Source of the DNA: Halodesulfurarchaeum sp.
GTDB lineage: Archaea > Halobacteriota > Halobacteria > Halobacteriales > Halobacteriaceae
Direction of reading: 5' to 3'
Assembly (NCBI GenBank): GCA_034520565.1
Contig: JAXHNL010000002.1
Span: 96,001 to 160,000 of the forward strand
Length of the DNA: 64,000 nt
Program-made: the position numbers and the translations under genes
The notes under the pieces: generated by a model
What the model was told of the DNA's origin: nothing
Database searches by the model: none
Seen by the model: only the letters and a program-made list of their open reading frames with translations
Shown here: positions 1-9,694 of the stretch, in pieces
Layout of the letters: the number at the start of each line of letters is the position of its first letter
Position numbering within the stretch: the first letter of the stretch is position 1

Positions 1-232
1 CGAGACAGCGGCGGCCGTCGAGGACGTCGTCGAAGGGGCCCTCCCGGCGGCCGAGATCAGGCAGGTCGAGGGGCATCCGGGAAGCCGCCTGGTCGAGATC
101 GCCGAGTCGGAGGACTTCGATCGCATCGTCCTGGGCGGCGGCGAGCAGAGCCCGATGGGCAAGATCCGTATCGGCTCCGTCGCCGAGTTCGTCCTGCTCA
201 ACTCCCACGTCAGTGTCACCTTGCTCAGATGA
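1..232 (+). CDS. Universal stress protein (UspA family), 5'-truncated by the window edge
   Basis: Frame 2 reads ...VEGHPGSRLVEIAESEDFDRIVLGGGEQSPMGKIRIGSVAEFVLLNSHVSVTLLR*, a typical USP C-terminus. Its stop overlaps the next ATG (ATGA). Confidence 0.85.
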   Translation, partial: ETAAAVEDVVEGALPAAEIRQVEGHPGSRLVEIAESEDFDRIVLGGGEQSPMGKIRIGSVAEFVLLNSHVSVTLLR

Positions 233-762
233 CAGACCGACGGTATCCAGAGGAAGCGGCCGGGCCGTTCCCGACCCCACCGATCCGGTGGACCGACGAC
301 TCGGGCCGCCCCGTCGAAATCGACGTCTACGAGGACGACCGGGAGGGCCTCGTCGAGATGTACGGCGACTTCGATCCGGCCGAGCGAGCCCAGGGAATCC
401 CACCAGTGGGAGAGGGAGCGATCCGCGAGTGGCTCGATCACCTCCTCTGCCAGAACTGCGATAACGTCGTCGCGAAACACGACGATGACCTGATCGGCCA
501 CGCGACCCTGGTCGGTGACGACGAGGGCGCCTACGAACTGGCGATCTTCGTCCATCAGGATTACCAGGATGCCGGCATCGGCACGAAGCTCCTCGAGGCC
601 TTGCTGGGTCACGCAGCCGAGAAGGGCATCGAACGGGTCTGGCTGACCGTCGAACGGTGGAACAAGCCGGCCACGTATCTCTACCGGAAAGTCGGGTTCG
701 AGGGGACCGGAGCCGAGGACTTCGAGCGGGAGATGAGTATCCGGCTGGCCGACAGGACGTAA
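229..762 (+). CDS. GNAT family N-acetyltransferase
   Basis: Motif A FVHQDYQDAGIGTKL, then N..A..LY.K.GF. Confidence 0.9.
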   Translation: MTDRRYPEEAAGPFPTPPIRWTDDSGRPVEIDVYEDDREGLVEMYGDFDPAERAQGIPPVGEGAIREWLDHLLCQNCDNVVAKHDDDLIGHATLVGDDEGAYELAIFVHQDYQDAGIGTKLLEALLGHAAEKGIERVWLTVERWNKPATYLYRKVGFEGTGAEDFEREMSIRLADRT

Positions 763-806
763 TCGGGGATCGGGTGTTTCTTCCCCGCCGGTACCGACTC
801 ACCAGT

Positions 807-1889
807 ATGCAAGACTGGGTCATCGACGACGACAATCTCTCGCCAGAGCGGAAGTCCCTGCTGCCGGGGACGGGGTTTTTCGTGCCACAAGACATCCGCG
901 AGGAGCGAAAAGACGAGGAGATCGAGGCGCGGGTCAGCGGGGCGGAGGTACTGGCGGTCGTCGACCCCGACGCCGACGGTCTGGGCTGTGTCGCGATCCT
1001 CAGAGACGTGCTCGGAGACGTGGAGTTCATCCCGGCGAGTCCGCACGAACTCGCCGACGGCATCGAGCGGGCCGCGGAGTTCGGCGCGGAGGGCGGTGCG
1101 GTCTACATCTGTGATCTCGCCCCGGACGACCCCGAGACGATCGCCGAACCGCTCGACGCTCTCCTCGACCACGCGGGGGCTGTCACGTGGTACGACCACC
1201 ACCAGTGGACCGGGGAGGCCGAAACCGCGGTTAGGGAGGCAGGCGTCGAACTCGTCGTCGGGGACTCGGACGCCGAATGCACGGCGGACGTCGCTGCCCG
1301 GTCCATCGACGGGGAGGTTTCCCCCCATCTCGCCGAACTGGCAGCCGTCACCCGGGATCACGACCTCTGGATCAAGGACGACGACCGCTCGGATGATCTG
1401 GCGGACCTCTCACACTGGAAAGATCCCGAGGAGTACCTGGCGGTCGTCGAGGAACACGGCGTGGACTTCCCCGAGGACGTCCAGGACTTCCTCGCGGAGA
1501 AGCGCGTTGAGAAGGAAGACCGAATCGAGCGGGCGGTTTCCCGGGCGGAGATGTACGAAATCCGGGACTGGACCGTCGGCGTGACCTACGGCCGGTGTTC
1601 CCAAAACGAGGTCGCCGAAACACTTCGGGAGCACGGAGCCGATGCGGCCGTCATCGTCAAGCCCTCCGGAAGCGCTTCGATCAGGGGGAGCGAGGGCTTC
1701 GAACGGGCTCACGAGGTCGCCCGCCAGGTCGGCGGTGGCGGCCATCCCCGGGCGGCCGGCTGTAAGCCCCGGATCTACGAGGACATGCTGGATTATGCCC
1801 ACCACTGGACGACCCGCGGCGCACCGGCAAAACAGCTTCTCATGAAGGCCTTCTGGAATCTGTCCGAGGAGCCGGCCGAGGACGAATAG
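807..1889 (+). CDS. DHH/DHHA1 family phosphoesterase
   Basis: DPDADG, YDHH and GGGGHPRAAG motifs; start taken at MQDWV (807). Confidence 0.85.
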   Translation: MQDWVIDDDNLSPERKSLLPGTGFFVPQDIREERKDEEIEARVSGAEVLAVVDPDADGLGCVAILRDVLGDVEFIPASPHELADGIERAAEFGAEGGAVYICDLAPDDPETIAEPLDALLDHAGAVTWYDHHQWTGEAETAVREAGVELVVGDSDAECTADVAARSIDGEVSPHLAELAAVTRDHDLWIKDDDRSDDLADLSHWKDPEEYLAVVEEHGVDFPEDVQDFLAEKRVEKEDRIERAVSRAEMYEIRDWTVGVTYGRCSQNEVAETLREHGADAAVIVKPSGSASIRGSEGFERAHEVARQVGGGGHPRAAGCKPRIYEDMLDYAHHWTTRGAPAKQLLMKAFWNLSEEPAEDE

Positions 1890-1913
1890 CGACCCGTTCG
1901 TTTTCGATCCGGC

Positions 1914-2372
1914 CTACAATTCTCGCTCGCCGGCGACCCACTTATCGGCGTACATCTCGCCACAGGCACACCGCGCGTAGGCGTGAATGACGTCGCCTTC
2001 CGCGTAGAGGCCGCCGACCTCCTCGTTTTGCTCCTCGGCGAAGGCAAAGACGATTTGGACGTCGTGGCCATCGGCCCCGGACTCGTCACGCTCCTCGCCC
2101 CTGGGACAGTCCCCTGCCGTGAGAGCTGTAGCGATCGTGCCCGCTTTTCCCATGGCCTCGCCGGCGAAGTCCATCGGATCGATCCCCGAGGCCGATTCGA
2201 ACGCCGCTCGACCCGCGTCCGCCGGCACGACGATTCTGACGCCGTCCCCGGCGGCCTCCGCGTACGCCTGTTCGGCAAGCGTGGCGGCGTCAGAGAGCGT
2301 CTCTCTGGAGAAATACGCCGCGACGTGTTGTGGGTGTTCCCCGGCGAGAAACGAGTCGATGGAGGTATTCAT
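1914..2372 (-). CDS. Conserved haloarchaeal hypothetical protein (DUF5807-like)
   Basis: Acidic ORF ending FAFAEEQNEEVGGLYAEGDVIHAYARCACG. Confidence 0.7.
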   Translation of the reverse strand: MNTSIDSFLAGEHPQHVAAYFSRETLSDAATLAEQAYAEAAGDGVRIVVPADAGRAAFESASGIDPMDFAGEAMGKAGTIATALTAGDCPRGEERDESGADGHDVQIVFAFAEEQNEEVGGLYAEGDVIHAYARCACGEMYADKWVAGEREL

Positions 2373-2455
2373 ATTGGCGCTTCGACGAGAACCGGGTTAA
2401 GCCCGGCGGAGATGCGCGATGAGGGCCCCAATTGAAACAAAAACCCCCCGTCGGC

Positions 2456-3202
2456 TTACTCCTCGGTCTCGTCGTCTTCGTCGTCCGTTTCTGCTTCGTC
2501 GGCAACCTCGTCGTCCGTTTCTGCTTCGTCGGCAGCCTCTTCGTCGCCTTCTGCTTCCTCGTCCTCTTCTGCTTCCTCGTCCGTTTCTGCTTCGTCGGTA
2601 ACCTCTTCGTCCTCTTCTGCTTCCTCGTCCGTTTCTTCTTCGTCGGTAACCTCTTCGTCCTCTTCTGCTTCCTCGTCCGTTTCTGCTTCGTCGGCAACCT
2701 CGTCGTCCGTTTCTTCTTCGTCGGCACCCTCTTCATCGTCTTCTTCCTTCTCCTCGTCTGCACCGTCATCCGTCTCGGCTTCCTCCGCAGTTTCGTCTTC
2801 GTCCTCCTCGACTTCCTCCGGTTCCTCCTCGCCGAGAGCGACGGGGACCGAGCCCTCGCCCTCGGTCACTTTGACGTTCAGTTGGGTGATCGGTTCGCCG
2901 ACTTCGCGACCACGAACGGTAATGCGTCGGCGTTCGCCGTCCCGGTTGGGCTTGTAGCCGACCCCGTCGGTCAGCAGTACTTCGGAGAGGTCCGCACCAG
3001 AGACGTCCGGCCGCATCGGACGGCCGGCGTCGTCGGATCCGCCGGTGATTTCGACGGTAAAACCGTCCAATCCGACCGCCGTCCCGTCGACGGCCTCGCC
3101 GATCTCTCGGCCCAGAAAGCGGTTTGCGTCCTGCCCGTCGACTTCTCGCGTAAACGATCGCCCCGTCTCCGGATCGGAGACGACGACGCTGAACGTAGCC
3201 AT
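2456..3202 (-). CDS. rps6e: 30S ribosomal protein S6e with a very long acidic C-terminal tail
   Basis: MATFSVVVSDPETG...ITGGSDDAGRPMR...GERRRITVRG...QLNVK, followed by ~120 aa of D/E repeats. Confidence 0.93.
   Translation of the reverse strand: MATFSVVVSDPETGRSFTREVDGQDANRFLGREIGEAVDGTAVGLDGFTVEITGGSDDAGRPMRPDVSGADLSEVLLTDGVGYKPNRDGERRRITVRGREVGEPITQLNVKVTEGEGSVPVALGEEEPEEVEEDEDETAEEAETDDGADEEKEEDDEEGADEEETDDEVADEAETDEEAEEDEEVTDEEETDEEAEEDEEVTDEAETDEEAEEDEEAEGDEEAADEAETDDEVADEAETDDEDDETEE
2470..2730. repeat. Imperfect tandem repeats (~48 bp and ~30 bp units) encoding the S6e acidic tail
   Basis: Recurrent tcctcgtccgtttctgcttcgtcgg / ETDEEAEEDEEVTDE units. Confidence 0.8.
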
Positions 3203-3249
3203 GGTAGAGCGAACTGTTCCGGGCGTCAAAAGGGCATCGAACCCGACTC

Positions 3250-3789
3250 TCACTCCGTTTCGTCCGCGAACGCCGCCTGGATCTTCTTCACCTTCGGTTC
3301 GACGTACAGGGTGCAGTACCGATCGTCTGGGTTGTTCGCGTAGTAGTCCTGGTGGGCCTCTTCGGCCTCCCAGAAGGTCTCGAGCGGTTCGACCTCGGTG
3401 ACGATCCCGCCCTCGAAGGCTTCCTCGTCCTCGAGGGCAGCCAGAAACGCCTGCGCGGTCTCCAGTTGCTCGTCGTCGTGGGCGAAAATCGCCGAGCGGT
3501 ACTGGGTCCCCACGTCGGGACCCTGTCGGTTCAATTGCGTGGGATCGTGGACCCGAAAGAAAACCCCAAGAAGGTCGACGTATGTGATCTCCTCTGGGTC
3601 GTACTCGAGTTGCACGCACTCGGCATGGCCCGTCTCGCCGGTCGAAACGGCCTCGTAGCTCGGGTCGGAAACGTCCCCGCCCGCGTATCCCGACGTCGCC
3701 GAAAGCACTCCGGGAACCTCCTCGAAGGCGGCCTCGAGACACCAGAAACAGCCGCCCGCGAGTGTCGCCAGGACCGGTTCGGTTGCCAT
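3250..3789 (-). CDS. msrA: Peptide-methionine (S)-S-oxide reductase
   Basis: GGCFWC, GHAE, QGPDVGTQYRS and AEEAHQDY motifs. Confidence 0.95.
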   Translation of the reverse strand: MATEPVLATLAGGCFWCLEAAFEEVPGVLSATSGYAGGDVSDPSYEAVSTGETGHAECVQLEYDPEEITYVDLLGVFFRVHDPTQLNRQGPDVGTQYRSAIFAHDDEQLETAQAFLAALEDEEAFEGGIVTEVEPLETFWEAEEAHQDYYANNPDDRYCTLYVEPKVKKIQAAFADETE

Positions 3790-3900
3790 ACGAATAGAAG
3801 GCCGGAGAGACCCAAAAGCACACCGGCAGCGGAAATCGGGTGCGAGTTGGCTGGCGGCGAATCGACGGGTGGAAACCGACGGGCCAGCTACCCGGACCCG

Positions 3901-5184
3901 ATGGAGATCCGGTTTCTCGGCGGCGCCCGCGAGGTCGGCCGGAGTGCCCTCCTCGTCAACGAGCGGCTGCTGCTCGACTTCGGTATCAAAGCCGGCGAGC
4001 CGCTCCAGTTCCCGATCGATCGGCCGTCGGTCGACGCGGTGGTGGCCAGCCACGGCCACCTCGACCACGTCGGCAACGTCCCCACGCTCTGTACCGGCGA
4101 AGACTGGCCGACGATCCACTGGACGCCACCGACCGGCGAGTTGGCCCGCACCCTCGCTCGGGACACGCTCAAACTGCACGGCGTTCCGGAAACGGGAGCG
4201 AAATCCGGCCGGTTTCAGCCCCGCGAACTCGGCGGCAATTACAACTGTCCGTTCACCGAGATCCACGTGAAACGAGTGACCCAGCAGTCCCGGATCCACG
4301 GGTACCGGGAGCCGTTCACCGCGGCGGGCCACGAAGTCACCTTCTTCTCAGCGGGTCACATCCCCGGAAGCGCGCACGTCCTCGTCGACGACGGCGAGAC
4401 ACGACTGCTCTACACCGGCGATTTCCACACCGCCGACCAGCGACTCGTGGCCGGAACGACCGCCCGCCCGGATGCGGACGTCGTCATCACCGAGAGCACC
4501 TACGCGAACGTCACCCACGAGCCACGGCACGAGGTCGAATCGCGATTCGTCCGACAGGTCGAACGGACCCTCTGGGAGGGTGGCACAGTGGTCATTCCGG
4601 CCTTTGCCATCGGGCGGACCCAGGAGTTGCTGCTCGTCTGTGACGCCCACGACATCCCGTGTTACGTCGATGGTATGGGCAAGGGCGTGACCGAAATGCT
4701 CCGGCAGTATCCGGCGTTCGTCCGGGACCCGAAGGCACTCAAACGGGCGAGCTCACACGCTCGCTTCGTCACGGGTCGGGACGGGCAGCGAAAACGGATC
4801 GCGGACCAGAGCACGGCCATCGTCACGACGAGTGGCATGCTCTCCGGCGGTCCGGCAATGACGTATATCCCGGAGATCCGGTCGGACCCGAAGAACCTGA
4901 TCGCCCTCACAGGATATCAGGTCGAAGGGACTCCCGGTCGGGAATTGCTCGAGACCGGAAACGCCGAGATCGACAACCGGCGGATGCGAGTCGCCGCTCG
5001 CGTCGAGCAGTTCGATTTCTCGGCCCACGCGGATCGGGCGGGATTGCGGTCGTTCCTGGATTCCTATCGGGACACACAGATCCTCGTGAATCACGGCGAT
5101 CGATGTGTGGAATTTACGGCGGCGTTGACGGAAGACGGGTACGAGGCAAGCGCGCCGAAAAACGGGACGACGGTGTCCGTGTGA
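3901..5184 (+). CDS. MBL-fold beta-CASP ribonuclease (archaeal CPSF-like)
   Basis: LGGAREVGRS, HGHLDH, AGHIPGS, ESTY, FSAHAD, VNHGD. Confidence 0.9.
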   Translation: MEIRFLGGAREVGRSALLVNERLLLDFGIKAGEPLQFPIDRPSVDAVVASHGHLDHVGNVPTLCTGEDWPTIHWTPPTGELARTLARDTLKLHGVPETGAKSGRFQPRELGGNYNCPFTEIHVKRVTQQSRIHGYREPFTAAGHEVTFFSAGHIPGSAHVLVDDGETRLLYTGDFHTADQRLVAGTTARPDADVVITESTYANVTHEPRHEVESRFVRQVERTLWEGGTVVIPAFAIGRTQELLLVCDAHDIPCYVDGMGKGVTEMLRQYPAFVRDPKALKRASSHARFVTGRDGQRKRIADQSTAIVTTSGMLSGGPAMTYIPEIRSDPKNLIALTGYQVEGTPGRELLETGNAEIDNRRMRVAARVEQFDFSAHADRAGLRSFLDSYRDTQILVNHGDRCVEFTAALTEDGYEASAPKNGTTVSV

Positions 5185-5238
5185 CGGGCCGCTTCGGAGG
5201 GAAAGGGTTTAACCGGACAGTCACGACCGTGTAGGTGT

Positions 5239-5312
5239 GGGCCGGTAGCTCAGGTAGGCAGAGCGTCTGGCTTTTAACCAGACGGACGGGGGTTCAAATC
5301 CCTCCCGGCCCG
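5239..5312 (+). tRNA. tRNA-Lys (anticodon UUU)
   Basis: GGGCCGG acceptor stem pairs with CCGGCCC; D arm TAGCTCAG..GGCAGAGC; anticodon arm TCTGG-CTTTTAA-CCAGA; T loop GGTTCAAATCC; CCA not encoded. Confidence 0.95.
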
Positions 5313-5604
5313 CTTCTGTCAAACCAAGAGCGTGTCCCGTCAGGGACCGCTCGACCAGTGACGAACGGGACAGGAGGGATTTGAACGAGAGAAACGCGAG
5401 CACGAGCGAGCGTTTCGCGTAGTTCACAATCCCTCCCGGCCCGTGAGTCCCCGAGCGAAGCGAGGGTGACGAACCGGGGCGGTCGGTGTCCTGCGAACGA
5501 AGTGAGCAGTGACGCCGACGGGATTTGAACCCGGGGAGGGGCGCGCGCAGCGAACAACCGTGAGCGAGCACGTCTCCACTCGCTTCAACATCCCTCCCGG
5601 CCCG
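5298..5604. repeat. tRNA 3'-end-derived repeat array with internal hairpins
   Basis: ATCCCTCCCGGCCCG at 5298-5312, 5429-5443 and 5590-5604; inverted T-arm copies GGGATTTGAAC at ~5376 and ~5520. Confidence 0.85.
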
Positions 5605-5761
5605 TCTTTTCTCGCGAGCGTGCGAGAGCAGGTCGACCCTGTCCGGGAGTTTATGAATGATGACGGGGCCAACGGCACCCATGAATTGACCCCGTACCCG
5701 AATCGGGCAGCGATTGTGTGACGAATCGATTCGGGAAGATTCGCCGTCACCTGTTCGCCAT

Positions 5762-6877
5762 TCAGGCCGTCTCTCCACGGGCCCCGCCAGCCTCCGAATC
5801 CGCGAGCTGGAGTTCCACGACGAACACTGCTCCGCGTGGCTCGTTATCTTCCACCCAGACGTCGCCGTCGAACTGGCTCACCAAACTCTCGACGAGGTAG
5901 AGCCCGATGCCGGTACTCCCGCTGTCCAGGCCCGCTTCGCCCTTGCCGAATATCTTCCACTTCTGGTCGTCGGGAACCCCGGGGCCGTTGTCGGCAATCT
6001 CGACCCGGAAGGTTCCGTCGTCGGTCGTGGCCGAAACCGTCACGGTGGGCTCCTCCGAGTCGTTGTGAACGATCGCGTTCGTGAGGAGGTTCCGGAACAC
6101 CGAATCGACGAGTTCGGTCGCCCGGACCGACACGTCGGGAATCGAGCCATCGATTTCGATCATCGCGGCGGGGTTCGCCTCCCGGACCATCGCGAGTTCC
6201 TCCTCGAGGACCGCTTCGATCTCGATGGCCCCCAGTTCGGGGGGCTCCGAAGCGGTGACGACGTCCATGAGGTCCCGAGCCGCCTTGGTGATCGAAACCA
6301 CGTGTTCGCCGGCCTGGAGCGCCCGTTCGAGGTACTCCGAGGCCGTCGGGTCATCGACCGCGTCGGCGGCCGTCTCGACGAAGCCCAAAATGACTGCCAT
6401 CTCGTTGCGGATGTCGTGGCGGACGACCCGGTTGAGCACCTCGAGCTGGCGGGTCATGATCTCGAGTTCTCGCTCGCGCTCGCGCCGTTCGCTCACGTCC
6501 TCGAAGGCAAAGACCAGCCGTTCGACCGCCCCGTCCGAGACGATCGGCGCGCCGGAAATCGAGAGGAAAACGGGATCGGCGTGCGGGCGTTCCATCCGGA
6601 ACTCCTGGCCGAAGATCGGGCCCTGTGAGTCCCGAACCAGCACGAATGGATGGCCCGATTCGGGCACCGGCTCGCCCGCCTCGTCGGTGAACGTCCATTC
6701 CGGTTCAGCGTACGTCTTTCCCTCGATGTCTGACTCTGACAGTCCGAGGAGCTCCTCGGCCCGGTCGTTACACCGGGTGATCGAGCCGTCGGGGGTCAGC
6801 ACGACGATTCCGGTCGGACTCGTCTCGAAGATGCGATCGAGCAGATTCGACTCGGGCCCGGAATCGTCTCCCTGCAT
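5762..6877 (-). CDS. PAS-domain sensor histidine kinase
   Basis: PAS domain, H-box RHDIRN, N-box NLLTNAIVH, DNGPG, GIGLYLV. Confidence 0.9.
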   Translation of the reverse strand: MQGDDSGPESNLLDRIFETSPTGIVVLTPDGSITRCNDRAEELLGLSESDIEGKTYAEPEWTFTDEAGEPVPESGHPFVLVRDSQGPIFGQEFRMERPHADPVFLSISGAPIVSDGAVERLVFAFEDVSERRERERELEIMTRQLEVLNRVVRHDIRNEMAVILGFVETAADAVDDPTASEYLERALQAGEHVVSITKAARDLMDVVTASEPPELGAIEIEAVLEEELAMVREANPAAMIEIDGSIPDVSVRATELVDSVFRNLLTNAIVHNDSEEPTVTVSATTDDGTFRVEIADNGPGVPDDQKWKIFGKGEAGLDSGSTGIGLYLVESLVSQFDGDVWVEDNEPRGAVFVVELQLADSEAGGARGETA

Positions 6878-6921
6878 ACCGGGAGAGAGGGCGTCGCCAC
6901 CAAAGGATCTATCGTTCAGTT

Positions 6922-7128
6922 TCAGGACTCGACGAAGTGACCGAGCCAGACCAATCCGACACCCATGGCGACCGCCGTGAGCGCGCCCAGGAGCTGCAGC
7001 ACCATCTGTGGCGTGCCGCCGGCCGCGTACTGCCAAGGCTGTCCGAGAAGCGTCCCCAGCCCGACCACGAACACGAAGAGGCCGAGCGGGACACTGAGTA
7101 GGTCCAACCGGTCCTGAAACACGTCCAT
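6922..7128 (-). CDS. Small two-TM membrane protein
   Basis: MDVFQDRLDLLSVPLGLFVFVVGLGTLLGQPW..., two hydrophobic helices. Confidence 0.65.
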   Translation of the reverse strand: MDVFQDRLDLLSVPLGLFVFVVGLGTLLGQPWQYAAGGTPQMVLQLLGALTAVAMGVGLVWLGHFVES

Positions 7129-7208
7129 GACAGTCGGTGTGTGAGGCAGGTATCTAATGCTGACGGTCCAGACCGCCCCCTCCCCCGGCAAGAATCGTGG
7201 GCGGCCAC

Positions 7209-7382
7209 TCACAGCTCCTTCTCGACGATCGACGACGCCCACGCTTCCGCCCCGCATCGATTGCAGCGGAACATCGTCCCGTCGTCGTAGTGATCGAAGT
7301 CGACGTCGTCGCTCCCACAGTCCGGACAGTTGAAAAACGAGCGCCAGTCGTGGTAGGTTCCGGATTGAGGACGGCGGGCCAT
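7209..7382 (-). CDS. Small CPxCG-type zinc-finger protein
   Basis: CPDCG...CNRCG in a 57-aa ORF. Confidence 0.65.
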   Translation of the reverse strand: MARRPQSGTYHDWRSFFNCPDCGSDDVDFDHYDDGTMFRCNRCGAEAWASSIVEKEL

Positions 7383-7674
7383 GGGTACACTGACAGTAGG
7401 TGGAGCGTGCCCTTTGCTGTTCCGTCGGCTCGAAACCGGTGGGAAAGACAGGAGACACAAAACACTCATACATCCAGTTCGGAGCGGCTAGTGGGTCTTC
7501 TGTGTCGGGGACACAGGAGACCGGTCCGGGGAGCACCCCCCGTTTCCTGTACTCGCCGTCACCCCCATTGGTGTCGGGTGTTTGGATCCGATAGCGGAGC
7601 ATCTCGGCAATGCGCCACGTCGACGAAAGGGACAGAACGGCCGGTTCCATCAGCACCGGACCCGACGGACCCGA

Positions 7675-8358
7675 TTATTCCCGGAAGTGCTTCTCGTCGG
7701 GGACGCCCTCCGTGCCCTCGTCGACACGATCGCACATTGCGTCGATTTCTTCGTCCGTGGGGGCCGCCACGTCGATCCTCTCACGAACGTCGGTGATCGC
7801 TTCGTCGGTCATGGCCACGGCCGCCCGATGGAACGGGGCCTCGGCGGCCGCGTTCTCGACCCGCCGACGGAACGCCGGAAGCCAATCGAGGTGGTCCGCG
7901 ACGAACTGCCGGTGTTGGGCCTCGGTCCCGTTCTCGACCAGGATCGAGGCGTACTCCAGCAGGAGCGCGAGGTGATCGGGCATGTAGGAAGCCGGGGGCG
8001 AGATGCCGATCGTCTCGAAGCGCTCGCGCATGTCAGCGGCTTGCGGGCCGTTCAGAAGGCCGTCGCTTCCCGGTCCGTCGTACCATTCCTTGTACGCCGA
8101 CTCGATGGCGGGGGCGTACGGCTGCTCGAAGGCCTCGAACAGCGAGATGTACTCGTTGTCGAAGGCCGCCGCGGTCTCCGGAACGTCCTCGACGTCAGGA
8201 CGAGGGACTAACTCGAAGTCCAGCTCCGCTTCGGTGGCGTCGATCTCCTCGTCGAGACGCCCCTCCAGTACGTCCTCGTGGAACGTTTCGTCGGGATGTT
8301 TGAAACACTCGGATAGCACCGCGTACAGCCTCGAAAGTTTGGGTTCGGATTCTGGCAT
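7675..8358 (-). CDS. TorD/DmsD family molybdoenzyme maturation chaperone
   Basis: PYAPAIESAY and PDHLALLLEY motifs; last gene of a molybdoenzyme operon. Confidence 0.9.
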   Translation of the reverse strand: MPESEPKLSRLYAVLSECFKHPDETFHEDVLEGRLDEEIDATEAELDFELVPRPDVEDVPETAAAFDNEYISLFEAFEQPYAPAIESAYKEWYDGPGSDGLLNGPQAADMRERFETIGISPPASYMPDHLALLLEYASILVENGTEAQHRQFVADHLDWLPAFRRRVENAAAEAPFHRAAVAMTDEAITDVRERIDVAAPTDEEIDAMCDRVDEGTEGVPDEKHFRE

Positions 8359-8425
8359 AATTGTCGAGGAGTTCTGATCCGTCGCCGGGATCGAACGCCG
8401 GCGGGATAACCGGTCTTCGGTTCGG

Positions 8426-9373
8426 TTAGCTAACTGTCCATCGATCCACGAAGCCGTAGATGAGTGCCACGATCGCGAGCACGACCACGACCAAGGCGAC
8501 GTTGAGCCCGACCGTGTAGAGCAAGCCGATCAGACCGCCGGGAATCTCGTTCGTGGCGATGCCCTGTGCGACGCTCAGGCCGCCGGTCGGCACGGGAGAG
8601 AGTACGTATTCGAGGATGACCCCCGTCCAGGCCGCCCCGAAGAGGATCATCCCGACGATGACGCCGGTGGTCAACGCGGTCCCCGCGGTCTCCTCGGGGC
8701 AGGGTGCATCGACGTACCCGACGGATCGCTCGATCCAGCCTTCCCACTCCTCGCAGGCACGACCCAGCGTGACCGTCCCCGTGAACATCGACCGGTCGAG
8801 TGGGAACTCCTTCGCGTGAGTCATGAAGAGGTGGAAGGTTACACCCAGGAGCATCGTCACGGCCACGATGGCGTGAACGTCGCGGAAGATCAACATCGCC
8901 GGTGCCGGGGAGGCGTCCGTGATCGTGCCACCCCAGAGGACCAGCCCCGTCGCGATCATCGCCGTCGTCTCCACGATGATAATCCAGACCTCGGCCTTCT
9001 GGAGGAACGTGTACTTCCCGGACTCGGGGTGGTCTCGCCAGCCGGCGAGGTACTTCAGGTGCTCGATCGCCTCGCCGAGGTCACCGAGGCGCGGCAGCAC
9101 GTTCCGCAGCGAGCTGTGACCGGCGAGTCGGCCGAGTGCACCATACACCAGATAGAAGATCGACGTCGCGATGAGGACCGCGCCGATCAGGACGTGGACG
9201 TTGACCAGGTTCCCGTATCCGACCAGGCCGATGACCCAGCCGAGGGAATCATGGAAGGTGATCGGCAAGCCGGTCACCCAAAGCAGGAGGATCGACGCCG
9301 CGAGCAACCCGTGGACGTACACCTGAACGTCGTTGAACCGGAGGACTTCGCTCTCGGCTTCCATCGTCGACAT
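8426..9373 (-). CDS. Di-heme cytochrome b membrane anchor (FdnI/PhsC-like)
   Basis: His residues in TM helices (HGLL, NVHV, DVHA, FHLF) and GKYTFLQK, like the FdnI GKYN..QK motif. Confidence 0.85.
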   Translation of the reverse strand: MSTMEAESEVLRFNDVQVYVHGLLAASILLLWVTGLPITFHDSLGWVIGLVGYGNLVNVHVLIGAVLIATSIFYLVYGALGRLAGHSSLRNVLPRLGDLGEAIEHLKYLAGWRDHPESGKYTFLQKAEVWIIIVETTAMIATGLVLWGGTITDASPAPAMLIFRDVHAIVAVTMLLGVTFHLFMTHAKEFPLDRSMFTGTVTLGRACEEWEGWIERSVGYVDAPCPEETAGTALTTGVIVGMILFGAAWTGVILEYVLSPVPTGGLSVAQGIATNEIPGGLIGLLYTVGLNVALVVVVLAIVALIYGFVDRWTVS

Positions 9374-9690
9374 CAGGCCTCACCTCCGTCGTCCATCAGA
9401 AGTCGCCGCCAGGTGCCAATCATCTGACCGGCAATGATCACGAAGACGAACGTGATATACACGCCCAGCAGGATCCGGACGAGATACCACGTCTCGTTGA
9501 GCCCCGTGTAGGGCACCTTCAGCCCCACGAGCCCGACGGCACTTGGCACCCATACCGGGTCCAAGGGCTGGAAATCGGAGACGAGCAGGAACGCGAAGAT
9601 GGTCCCGGCGAACGCGAAGATGAGCGCTATCCGGCCCCGCCAGGCGTCCACGGTGGGATACGTGGTAGTCGATTCGTTGCGTGTGGCCAT
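9373..9690 (-). CDS. Small two-TM membrane protein inside the molybdoenzyme operon
   Basis: Hydrophobic ORF tightly packed between the Fe-S and cytochrome b genes; GGAGG precedes the next start. Confidence 0.7.
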   Translation of the reverse strand: MATRNESTTTYPTVDAWRGRIALIFAFAGTIFAFLLVSDFQPLDPVWVPSAVGLVGLKVPYTGLNETWYLVRILLGVYITFVFVIIAGQMIGTWRRLLMDDGGEA

Positions 9691-9694
9691 GGGC

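Noticed and set aside
5298-5604. CRISPR array or integrated provirus at tRNA-Lys
   Set aside because: Repeats are only 15 bp with spacers over 110 bp, and there are no cas, integrase or viral genes.
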